A stretch of DNA of 64,000 nucleotides from positions 1 to 64,000 of the IMG/VR virus record IMGVR_UViG_2974795854_000001, one strand, 5' to 3'. This document shows, piece by piece, positions 36,088-44,614 of the stretch (position 1 is its first letter; each line of letters opens with the position of its first letter). Source of the stretch: a virus (lineage: Duplodnaviria; Caudoviricetes). The translations under genes were made by a program, and so were the position numbers. The notes under the pieces are model-generated. The model ran no database searches, was not told where the DNA came from, and was given only the letters and a program-made list of their open reading frames with translations.

Positions 36088-36722
36088 TAATTATAACATA
36101 AGTTCTTTAATTTAGTGTAGTTTATAACCCCTTGGAAGTGTGGCAGCCTTAAAACTGTCAAAATCTAGCAAATTAGCTAGGAAGAACCAAGATACTTGAT
36201 TTTTTAATAACGGTGAAATACCGTGTAAGTTTAAAACAGGACGCAAGGGTAATTTGTATAAAGTGGGCAAAGCCCTAAAATTCAAACAATAAGCACTATA
36301 TTAATTATAAAACCGAAAAGGCAGTTCTTCGGTATATAAGAAACTGTCAGGAGGGTAACTTAGAATGTTACCAGTGGAAGCCACCGAAAAATACTTGGCA
36401 CTCCTATACCGGCACGATTAGAGTGCTTATAAAGTAATAAAAACACTTTGAAATTGATAATTTTAGCAATTTCGTGTTGCACTACGATAAAACCGTGATA
36501 AGTTTTATATGGTGTTTTACTAGCCAATAGCAAGGGCAATAATGTAAACATCATTTTGCAATATTAAAACGATTTAAACCAAGTAAAATTTGACAAAATA
36601 GAAGTATAAACAATAAATTAAAATTACAACTTGCTGCACAGACGTGGAGAACATTCTGTGCAGTACCTAAGCGTAGACACGCAAAATAATCAAATAAAAT
36701 AATAATCTTAAAATTAAAAGTT

Positions 36723-37208
36723 ATGGCAAATGTATCTAGTTACCAAAAAAATGTAAATGATGTAAACAAAGCACTTAAAGCAGAAGGTAAAACTTTGGGA
36801 GGGTGTGTAAAAATGTTACTGATATTTAAGAATGAAATAAAGTTAAGCGAGCCCGCAATCGAATTATTGACCTTCATTAGAGACGATTCCGATGCATTCA
36901 AAAAATTTAAGAAAACCGTTCGTACTTCAAAGTACAAAGGTAAGGACTTAGGCACTTATTCAGCTTACTACGTATTGCAGACCCTTCACAAAACTTTGAA
37001 GGTGGCAAAGGATATGACTACAGAGCCAATAGAGGCTAAAAAAGAGGTGGCGAAGCCTGCAACAGAAGTAAGAACTCCTGAACAAATAAAAGCGGCGAAA
37101 GACAGAGCTAAAAAAGCGGCTGCAACAAGGGCAGCTAATAAGGCTAAAAAAGAAGCGGCTAAAAAAGCAGAAGCTAAAAAAGAAGTATTAGAGCCTGTAA
37201 TGGCATAA
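36723..37208 (+). CDS. first early gene; hypothetical protein with Lys/Ala-rich tail
   Basis: 161 aa ORF with an A/T-rich initiation region, followed by a terminator. Confidence 0.7.
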   Translation: MANVSSYQKNVNDVNKALKAEGKTLGGCVKMLLIFKNEIKLSEPAIELLTFIRDDSDAFKKFKKTVRTSKYKGKDLGTYSAYYVLQTLHKTLKVAKDMTTEPIEAKKEVAKPATEVRTPEQIKAAKDRAKKAAATRAANKAKKEAAKKAEAKKEVLEPVMA

Positions 37209-37250
37209 TTAAGGTATGCTGTTTACGATTAAGCAGTATTTTTTCATTTT

Positions 37251-37287
37251 GCCCGTGGTAATCCTTGACAGTTGCCACGGGTTTTTT
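37251..37287 (+). terminator. intrinsic terminator
   Basis: CCCGTGG...CCACGGG-TTTTTT. Confidence 0.7.
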
Positions 37288-37374
37288 ATATGGTAATTTT
37301 TGGTAACACCTTGAGTCGGCTCTTGGTGGGTGGTTCGATTCCACTAATTGCCCCTAATTTTAAAACAGTAAGAT

Positions 37375-37488
37375 ATGGAACTTGCAAAAAAAGTATTCGT
37401 AAATGTATTAGTGGTTATTATAGTAATAACTGCATTAAGTTTATTGGTCGCTATCTTATCAGGAGCAGTAAACACATCAAATCTTTAA
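37375..37488 (+). CDS. small TM peptide, 37 aa
   Basis: MELAKKVFVNVLVVIIVITALSLLVAILSG... Confidence 0.45.
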   Translation: MELAKKVFVNVLVVIIVITALSLLVAILSGAVNTSNL

Positions 37489-37512
37489 TAAACCCCCCAA
37501 AATAAATAAGTT

Positions 37513-37767
37513 ATGAAAAGAATTAGCTACGAGAAATTAATGTCTCTAAACCCTACACTATTATCAGAAGTTATAAATAGAGAAGGACAAACTATATCTT
37601 TGTATGAACACCCTCTTTACGGTGGAGACCATACCATTATAGCAGCGTATCACCCTGAAAAGATAGCCGTAAATACCAACTTTTGGGATACAGAGGACTT
37701 AGAAGGAGATGACTATTGCTTAGTTTATGCATTCGGTGAGTTGCATGAGGCATGGGAAATGGTATAA
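37513..37767 (+). CDS. hypothetical protein
   Basis: 84 aa; LYEHPLYG motif. Confidence 0.65.
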   Translation: MKRISYEKLMSLNPTLLSEVINREGQTISLYEHPLYGGDHTIIAAYHPEKIAVNTNFWDTEDLEGDDYCLVYAFGELHEAWEMV

Positions 37768-37801
37768 AAAAACAGGTATCCACTATCAAAAACAGGACGA
37801 A

Positions 37802-38221
37802 ATGAACCAACAAGAATTAAGAGAGAGAAAACTACAGATACTAGACGAAACTGTAAAGTATTACTCCGAGGACTTAAGTAGAAGGGCGCTCGACGAAAAC
37901 TTCATGTGTATGTACAAGACTCCCGAGGGTAAGATGTGCGCTGTAGGTAGATGTATGAGAGATGACGCACCATTTAAAGACCTTAATACACAAGGTGAAT
38001 TACTCTCTTTAGAGATAATCCGTGATGTAGAATTTAAAAAGCAAGATAAGAAGTTAGACACCCTCTTAAAGGATAAGTACAAGGGTGTAAACATAGAGTT
38101 TTGGATGACCCTGCAAAGTTTGCATGACCAAAGCCTTAATTGGGAAAGTGGAGGACTTTCGGAAATGGGAGAGGTAGAGTTAAATAGAATTAAATCAGAT
38201 ATAGAAAAAGGAGAGTTATGA
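37802..38221 (+). CDS. hypothetical protein, paralog family A copy 1
   Basis: YYSEDLSRR...C.YK...KMCAVGRCM; likely start MNQQ at 37802. Confidence 0.75.
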   Translation: MNQQELRERKLQILDETVKYYSEDLSRRALDENFMCMYKTPEGKMCAVGRCMRDDAPFKDLNTQGELLSLEIIRDVEFKKQDKKLDTLLKDKYKGVNIEFWMTLQSLHDQSLNWESGGLSEMGEVELNRIKSDIEKGEL

Positions 38222-38511
38222 GAAGAGTTAAAAGGTTATCGTTAATATTAGTACTGACGTTAGTATTTGTGACAATAGTTGCATCTGCACAAGAAAGTAC
38301 AGAGCCTACCTATGTGGTACAAGGTGACAAAATAGTAAAAGTAGGAGGTGGTAAATCTGCATCCGAAGGAACAAAGACCAAATACACCATGGATGTAAAA
38401 GGTGTTGAGTACCCTGTGTATAAAAGTACTAGGGGTAGCTACTATATTCTTAGGACTAGTAAGAAGTCTGGAAAAGAGTATAAGCAATATATAAAAATAA
38501 CTGGCCTATAA
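38218..38511 (+). CDS. small exported protein
   Basis: Signal peptide ending ASA|QES; VYKSTRGSYY. Confidence 0.65.
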   Translation: MRRVKRLSLILVLTLVFVTIVASAQESTEPTYVVQGDKIVKVGGGKSASEGTKTKYTMDVKGVEYPVYKSTRGSYYILRTSKKSGKEYKQYIKITGL

Positions 38512-38548
38512 AAGAAGACCTATTCACTATCCAAAACCTAGGGAAATT

Positions 38549-38953
38549 ATGATTAAGAGACAACTGATAGAAATGGCAATATACTCTATATCTTCCGTAG
38601 CCTTTGCTATAGAAGAGCTGGAATCAAAATTGCAGGACTGGAAGAGACGTAATATTGCAGAAGGAAACGATGAACCTAGGCTGTACCCAAGGCGTTGCGA
38701 CGTAACAGGAGAGGGTATGGATAAGGGTTACCTATTCCATGACACAATGTACATAAAGTATCTATCTGACGCCAAAAAAATGGCTAAAGAGAATGGGTAC
38801 GACTCTCTTCAAGATAGCTATGACAGCGGTTTCCATTATTGGACAGAGTGGGAGCAAGAGGCCTACGACGGTGGGAGTGCATATGACATTATGGGTAAGT
38901 TGTACCTCTTCAAAGTTAAACGTAGAGGTGAAGGTGATTGGGTAAAACAATAA
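38549..38953 (+). CDS. hypothetical protein
   Basis: 134 aa; RRCDVTGEGMDKGY. Confidence 0.65.
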   Translation: MIKRQLIEMAIYSISSVAFAIEELESKLQDWKRRNIAEGNDEPRLYPRRCDVTGEGMDKGYLFHDTMYIKYLSDAKKMAKENGYDSLQDSYDSGFHYWTEWEQEAYDGGSAYDIMGKLYLFKVKRRGEGDWVKQ

Positions 38954-38960
38954 GTACAAA

Positions 38961-39032
38961 GCTCTTTTCGTCTAGCGGTAAGGACATTCGGTTTTCATCC
39001 GAAAAACATAGGTTCGAATCCTATAGAGAGTA
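38961..39032 (+). tRNA. tRNA-Glu(TTC), copy A
   Basis: TTCGG-TTTTCAT-CCGAA; ATAGG-TTCGAAT-CCTAT. Confidence 0.88.
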
Positions 39033-39052
39033 CTAATATTAAAATTTAAGAG

Positions 39053-39541
39053 ATGTTAAAAGTAAAAGCAGAAATCGGAAGGTCTAAAGAAGACATGATA
39101 AAATTGTTGAACGAGACTGCCCAATACTACTCCGAGGATTTGAGTAGAAGGGGTACTAAATCAGGCCCTATAAGTGGGTGCGTGTACAAGTCCGATAAAG
39201 GAAGTATGTGCGCTGTAGGTAGATGTATGGTAGATGAAGCACCTTTTGAAGAGTTTAACTTACAAGGGAGCATCGGATCACTAGCTATCCTCAACGGCGT
39301 TAACCCCCGAACTAAAGAAGGTGCTGAAAGGGTAGACGCTTTTCTTAAAGATGAGTATAAGGGTTACCCTGTATCATTTTGGGAATGCCTGCAAGAGTTC
39401 CACGACGGAGAACAATATTGGGTAGTAGGTGCAGACGGCGATGAAAATGGAAGTATGGAGAACGTATTAGAAAGAAGGTTGCTTAAAATAAGAGCTATAA
39501 AGAATAATATACTCTTTGGTAAATATAAAATACAAAGTTAA
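39053..39541 (+). CDS. hypothetical protein, paralog family A copy 2
   Basis: YYSEDLSRRG...MCAVGRCM. Confidence 0.75.
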   Translation: MLKVKAEIGRSKEDMIKLLNETAQYYSEDLSRRGTKSGPISGCVYKSDKGSMCAVGRCMVDEAPFEEFNLQGSIGSLAILNGVNPRTKEGAERVDAFLKDEYKGYPVSFWECLQEFHDGEQYWVVGADGDENGSMENVLERRLLKIRAIKNNILFGKYKIQS

Positions 39542-39557
39542 AAACACTATCAAAACT

Positions 39558-39983
39558 ATGACACGAACGAAAGAAGAGGCCCTAGCCTTATTAAACGAGA
39601 CTATTGAATACTACTCCGAGGATTTGAGTAGAAGAGGTATAGAAAGTAGAGGGTCTGATTTATGCAAATACCGTGTAAAAGGCGGCGGAATGTGCGCTGT
39701 AGGTAGATGTATGAAAGATGGATTGGACTATGAGGATCTAAACAAGAGAGGCGGCCTTTACTCATTGGCAGGCGTACTTATATCAAAGGTAGATAAGTCT
39801 AAACCTCTACCCGAATTAGATAAATACCTTAAAGACGAGCATAAAGGATACCCAGTAATTGTTTGGGAGGTACTTCAAACAATACATGACGATTCAGGGA
39901 ATTGGAAGGGTACAGAGGCCTCTAAAGTAGTATTAGAGAAGGAGCATAAAGCAGCTATTAAAAAAATAAACAAAGTATATTAA
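39558..39983 (+). CDS. hypothetical protein, paralog family A copy 3
   Basis: YYSEDLSRRG...MCAVGRCM; start MTRT 4 nt after AACACTATCAA. Confidence 0.75.
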   Translation: MTRTKEEALALLNETIEYYSEDLSRRGIESRGSDLCKYRVKGGGMCAVGRCMKDGLDYEDLNKRGGLYSLAGVLISKVDKSKPLPELDKYLKDEHKGYPVIVWEVLQTIHDDSGNWKGTEASKVVLEKEHKAAIKKINKVY

Positions 39984-40127
39984 ACAATACAATGGGGGTA
40001 TTAGGGGAGACACGGGTAGATAATAGTTCAAAGAACCATATGACCAAATAGAACACCTTTAATATTTTACATACAAACAAAAATCAATTAATAATCAAAG
40101 CTGTAGAGCATCGTACTAAAATTAATT

Positions 40128-40418
40128 ATGGCAAACAAGACACAATCAGAAAAGTACATCGATTTAATTTCTCAATCTTCTAAAGATGTAGAGAAAGAAC
40201 AATTACAATTTAGAGCGCAAGAAGCATCTCTTCAAGCAGACTCTTCAATCTTAGAGACTAAGAAAGCAATTGCAACGGCAAAGAGAGAGCTTACTGAATT
40301 AAAGAGAGCAATTCCTTACAGCTTCGACAAAGAAATCTCGAAGACAATAGAGGTAAAGAACCTTGAAGAAGGTCTTGCTATAGCTGAGAGTATTCAAAAG
40401 AGTAGATTCGGCTCGTAA
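40128..40418 (+). CDS. coiled-coil hypothetical protein, family B copy 1
   Basis: 96 aa; similar to 41083-41355. Confidence 0.7.
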   Translation: MANKTQSEKYIDLISQSSKDVEKEQLQFRAQEASLQADSSILETKKAIATAKRELTELKRAIPYSFDKEISKTIEVKNLEEGLAIAESIQKSRFGS

Positions 40419-40448
40419 ACACTATCAAAAACCCTAAAAACTTTATTT

Positions 40449-41264
40449 ATGAAGACAGTAAAACGTGGACAAAGAATAACCCTCAAAAATAGTCAAGGGG
40501 TTGAGTTGGAAATAACTGTTTTTGATAATCACCTCTCTAGTGTAAAGGGGGGTAATGAACAGGTATTCAAAATGTTTGATATGTACACTGACGAGGAAAG
40601 GATAGACTTTTGTACAAAGGCCTACGGTTATCCGGCAGAATTTGGAATGTGTCCGGAGTGTAGAATAGGCGACTACGAAGCATTGACAAGGTTGGTGGAA
40701 AGCTTCAAGGATTTAGAGAGTAAGATAATCATAAAATCTAAAGAAGGTGTAGTTATAAAAGGGTACTTAAAGAGAGATACTATAGAGTTTGAATCAGGCG
40801 AAGAAGTTTTTAAGTACAGTGTTTCAAGCACCCATTTATCATCTGCAGGGGGTTCAAACGAAGCAATATTCTCTGCATTAAAAGAGAGAGGACTTTTACC
40901 GGAAGGTAAGATGGAGTTTTGTAGAGAGGCCTACGGCTATTACCCAGAGAGAGGGTCGTTTCCATGTTATAGGGAAAACGATATGTTGGCAGCCTCTAGT
41001 GTTATCAAAAAAATACAAACAAGATTAGAAAAAGTTAGAGAAACAATGCCCAACGAAGGGCAAATTAAATCAGATAAAAAAGATGAATTACAAGAGCAGA
41101 TTACAGAAGACGGAAGGACAGACAGGGGCAGACCAATTGGCGCACGACGTGGAACAGGCAGAGTTGCAAGCCAAGGCAGACTTACTGGCAACAAAATTGC
41201 AGTTAAGCAAAGAAAGGCAAAAGTTGGAGAACTTAAGGTCAAGCAGGAGCCTATCTCTATCTAA
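40449..41264 (+). CDS. hypothetical protein with two internal repeats
   Basis: GGNEQVF...FCTKAYGY and GGSNEAIF...FCREAYGY; the C-terminal 60 aa overlap the next gene in another frame. Confidence 0.65.
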   Translation: MKTVKRGQRITLKNSQGVELEITVFDNHLSSVKGGNEQVFKMFDMYTDEERIDFCTKAYGYPAEFGMCPECRIGDYEALTRLVESFKDLESKIIIKSKEGVVIKGYLKRDTIEFESGEEVFKYSVSSTHLSSAGGSNEAIFSALKERGLLPEGKMEFCREAYGYYPERGSFPCYRENDMLAASSVIKKIQTRLEKVRETMPNEGQIKSDKKDELQEQITEDGRTDRGRPIGARRGTGRVASQGRLTGNKIAVKQRKAKVGELKVKQEPISI

Positions 41265-41355
41265 AATCGTAGAGCAAACCATGGTAGTATCAGACTATGA
41301 AAGAGGCTACGAAATAGCCGAGAAAGAAGTTAAAGAATTATTCGGAGATTCGTAG
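41083..41355 (+). CDS. coiled-coil hypothetical protein, family B copy 2
   Basis: QAELQAKADLLATK..LSKERQKLENL resembles QEASLQADSSILETKKAIATAKRELTEL of 40128; ends LFGDS versus RFGS. Confidence 0.65.
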   Translation: MNYKSRLQKTEGQTGADQLAHDVEQAELQAKADLLATKLQLSKERQKLENLRSSRSLSLSKIVEQTMVVSDYERGYEIAEKEVKELFGDS

Positions 41356-41413
41356 TAAACACTATCAAATACATATACAATAAAAGCTAGTAGCGACGTT
41401 TACTAGCTTTTCT

Positions 41414-41485
41414 GCTCTTTTCGTCTAGCGGTAAGGACATTCGGTTTTCATCCGAAAAACATAGGTTCGAATCCTATAGAGAGTA
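41414..41485 (+). tRNA. tRNA-Glu(TTC), copy B, identical to copy A
   Basis: 72/72 nt identical to 38961-39032. Confidence 0.88.
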
Positions 41486-41505
41486 CTAATTAATACAAAC
41501 TAGTC

Positions 41506-42234
41506 ATGGGAATAATAAGACTAAACACTTTATATACCCCTAGAGTAATAGGGAGTTCTGTTCCGATTGGTTCAGTAGTAGATATAAAAAAGGGCGTTAA
41601 GGAGAACGACAATATTACTGAGGAGATGTTCAATCAAGTCCTTAAAGAAGTAGAGGAGTGGACTAAAAAAGAATCCGAAAAAGTAAAGTTTAGCGAAGAC
41701 AAAGGAACAAGGTTTAGCGAAGCCGAAGAAACACTTAGACACGAAGCCTTGTCGATCGTATCTAGCCACATAGATTTAAACAAAGTGCTTAATTTAAGTA
41801 GTGTGGTGAAGGCTATAGAAAAGTTTTTAAACGGAGGTACAAGACAAAATTATGTACAAATAGAGATTGACGGTAGTTCATGTAGAGACATAGTAATGTT
41901 AAAAGGGAGTTCATGTATCGATTTAATATACAATGATTTGATGGAATTTGATGCAGAGACTATTGGATTGATTGACGAAGAAGACATACTTACTGCGGCT
42001 CACCTTAACGGAGACCTTACATACGAATGGTTTTCAGAGATGTTCGATAACGGAGAAAGCCATTTTGAAATAGGATTAAATCTATTAAACACAAACGGTC
42101 TAGTAAGAGACCTTGCAAAGGCAATAATAATGAATCACGGTCAAAAGTCTGCGATAGAGAGTATATCATTCGCTTCGGAGGATGTAGAACACAACATAAT
42201 TGGCACAGAAGATATTTTCTCTTGCCTACAATAA
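41506..42234 (+). CDS. hypothetical protein
   Basis: 242 aa acidic ORF. Confidence 0.65.
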   Translation: MGIIRLNTLYTPRVIGSSVPIGSVVDIKKGVKENDNITEEMFNQVLKEVEEWTKKESEKVKFSEDKGTRFSEAEETLRHEALSIVSSHIDLNKVLNLSSVVKAIEKFLNGGTRQNYVQIEIDGSSCRDIVMLKGSSCIDLIYNDLMEFDAETIGLIDEEDILTAAHLNGDLTYEWFSEMFDNGESHFEIGLNLLNTNGLVRDLAKAIIMNHGQKSAIESISFASEDVEHNIIGTEDIFSCLQ

Positions 42235-42260
42235 TTAATATAATAAATACAAATAAAGTT

Positions 42261-42404
42261 ATGGCAATGGATTTAGATTACGTATTCGCAATGGAAGCTA
42301 TAGAAAAACTAGAGCAAAAGTTAGGCAACATTCCACACGGAGAGAGGGAACAAATAGCGGACGACATTAATAAGATGACCGACGCAATACTATCAAAATA
42401 TTAG
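42261..42404 (+). CDS. hypothetical protein
   Basis: Likely start MAMDLDY inside the 42222 ORF. Confidence 0.5.
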   Translation: MAMDLDYVFAMEAIEKLEQKLGNIPHGEREQIADDINKMTDAILSKY

Positions 42405-42407
42405 GCT

Positions 42408-42656
42408 ATGAAAAATAGAAAGGTTATTAAATGGATTGTAGACTTCTTAATAGTCTGTGCTGTAGTATCTCCGCTAGCTATGTACCTCTTCTTGGATGAA
42501 GACTACTTAAATAGCAGCCCTGCATTATCTGTTATAGGGGGATTGGGGATGTTAACCTCTATTGTAGCGTCGGTATTCCTCTTATTTGTAGGAGCTTCAA
42601 TACTGATTGCACTTGTAGTAGGATTGTATAGACTCTTATTTGAAGAGAGAGATTAA
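42408..42656 (+). CDS. small two-TM membrane protein
   Basis: Two long hydrophobic segments. Confidence 0.65.
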   Translation: MKNRKVIKWIVDFLIVCAVVSPLAMYLFLDEDYLNSSPALSVIGGLGMLTSIVASVFLLFVGASILIALVVGLYRLLFEERD

Positions 42657-42668
42657 AACACTATCAAA

Positions 42669-42833
42669 ATGCGTAAAATTATATCTAAAATATGCTTCGT
42701 TTCAGCGGCATTAATGTACCTATCAGACTCAGATAACCTTGAGTATTCTGTAGCTGCATTTTTAATAGGATTAATAAACATAACCGTAAACAGGTTAATA
42801 GAAAAGAGGGAGGACTTATATGAGCGAAGATAA
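42669..42833 (+). CDS. small membrane protein, 54 aa
   Basis: MRKIISKICFVSAALMYL...; ATG 1 nt after AACACTATCAA. Confidence 0.5.
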   Translation: MRKIISKICFVSAALMYLSDSDNLEYSVAAFLIGLINITVNRLIEKREDLYERR

Positions 42834-42945
42834 AAAGAAGAGCGAGAAAATGCCATTTGAAGTATGGATGGCAGCGATAGAGGCACAAGCCTTTACGAAA
42901 TATTTAAAAAAGGAATTGGATACGTTAGGTATCTCAATGAATTAA
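42820..42945 (+). CDS. hypothetical protein, 41 aa
   Basis: MSEDKKKSEKMPFEVWMAAIEAQAF...; ends 5 nt before the tmRNA. Confidence 0.45.
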   Translation: MSEDKKKSEKMPFEVWMAAIEAQAFTKYLKKELDTLGISMN

Positions 42946-42949
42946 AAAA

Positions 42950-43308
42950 GGGGGCGACTGGTTTTGACAGGGTATAACAGTCGTTAATGTTCAGCGCAGA
43001 GAGATAACTGCACAAACTAAGGTGAAATTCTTTAAACGGAAACAACACGAATGCGGTAAACGCACAGATCGAAGCTAATATGGAAGCGGTAAACGCTATC
43101 CTTAACCTTGAAGTAGCAGTAGGGGTATAAGCTGACCGTTTTATCTGTTTTCTCAAAACAGTTTGGTGGAGCTTCAATCATAACTATGGTTGGCCCCTCT
43201 AGCATAAAGAGTCTAAAGAAATGCCGTGTGTAACGATACTACACAAAAGCTGTATAAAACATTGACGATTAAGTGCTCTGGACGAGGGTTCGATTCCCTC
43301 CGCCTCCA
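42950..43308 (+). ncRNA. ssrA: tmRNA (SsrA)
   Basis: 5' GGGGGCG-ACTGGTTTTGACAG pairs with 3' CGCCTCC-A including G3:U70; T-arm GAGGG-TTCGATT-CCCTC; tag ORF 43038-43130 after TTAAAC. Confidence 0.92.
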
Positions 43309-43331
43309 CTAATAATCATAAAACAATAAAG

Positions 43332-43817
43332 ATGTCAAAAACTATTTACGAAAAAGATAGCAGGTTATACCATTTAGGTTATCCATTAGGGGCTGTACTT
43401 AGTGAATCTCTAAACACTCTTAAATCGATGGCTAAAATAGTAAATGCCGAGTTTAGTAAGAGCAAGTTAAATAGGATGAACATATTCTGTATGGGATCTT
43501 CTGGGGCTATAACAGCCGCCATAATATTGAATGAAATATCTAAAGAAAATAATGATATCTATATCATACACGTAAAGAAAGACGGAGAAAAGTCTCACAG
43601 TAGTAGAGTAGACTGTAAAAACAATGCATTCAATATAATAGTAGATGATTTTGTAGAGTCCGGAAAGACTATAGAGAAAGTCTACAAGAATGCAATCAGA
43701 AGGTCTAATGTATCTAAGATAGATTTAGTAATCTTTAGCGGAGATGTTACACAAGACTTTGCAGATTGGATAGATTGGGATAAACCATTAATTAGTAAAG
43801 TAATAAGCAAGTATTAA
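43332..43817 (+). CDS. type I phosphoribosyltransferase-like protein
   Basis: PRPP-binding loop IIVDDFVESGKT; CMGSSGAITA. Confidence 0.8.
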   Translation: MSKTIYEKDSRLYHLGYPLGAVLSESLNTLKSMAKIVNAEFSKSKLNRMNIFCMGSSGAITAAIILNEISKENNDIYIIHVKKDGEKSHSSRVDCKNNAFNIIVDDFVESGKTIEKVYKNAIRRSNVSKIDLVIFSGDVTQDFADWIDWDKPLISKVISKY

Positions 43818-43924
43818 TGAAGGCAAGCAAAGAAGACCGAAAGGTAGTGGCAGTAGTAACAATAATTAATATACTAGTGGTAGCAGTAATGTTCTACATA
43901 GTATCAAACCTTTAAAACAAAGAT

Positions 43925-44551
43925 ATGGAGATATCAGAAATAATTACAGCAGATTTAGAGTATCAAGATAATACGGTTCGGATGACCTGCTTACTAAATG
44001 CCGACGGAGGTACAATAGTATACAATCCGTTATCTAAATCTATTTATAAAAGGACTCAAACCTTAATTAGAAATAAGGATAAGGAGTATTTAGCAAGTTT
44101 GAATGAAATACACGAAGCTCTTAACTTTATTAATAAGTATAAGGAAGGTGACTATATAACAGTTAGATATGAGAAGGGGGATAAGGAGGACTACTGGATG
44201 AACAGTACAGAGGAGAGGACTTTCCAAATAACCGGCCCAATAAGTGTATACAGAACCGGCTATATGTACAAGACCGCCTTTGGTGGAATTGATATAGACA
44301 AAAATGTCAGGCTTGCAACAATAGCGGAAAAAGAATCTGTTAATTCTTTGCCCAAGGTAAACGGATACAAAGGTACTATCTCTCTTGATAGAAAAACTGT
44401 TGACTACGGGTGCGCTAAGATAAGTATAGACTTTTTTAAGAACCGTTTAAACAGGTACATCAAAGAGATGACATTGAGCAGCGGAGTGTTTATAAACAAG
44501 TATAATATGGACGCTATAAGAAATGCCTTAGAGAGAAAAGGGATTATATAA
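43925..44551 (+). CDS. hypothetical protein
   Basis: 208 aa ORF. Confidence 0.65.
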   Translation: MEISEIITADLEYQDNTVRMTCLLNADGGTIVYNPLSKSIYKRTQTLIRNKDKEYLASLNEIHEALNFINKYKEGDYITVRYEKGDKEDYWMNSTEERTFQITGPISVYRTGYMYKTAFGGIDIDKNVRLATIAEKESVNSLPKVNGYKGTISLDRKTVDYGCAKISIDFFKNRLNRYIKEMTLSSGVFINKYNMDAIRNALERKGII

Positions 44552-44614
44552 ACACTATCAAAATATTAACGTGTAAGGCAATATTGCAATCACGTAACTA
44601 TAAACACAATTAAA

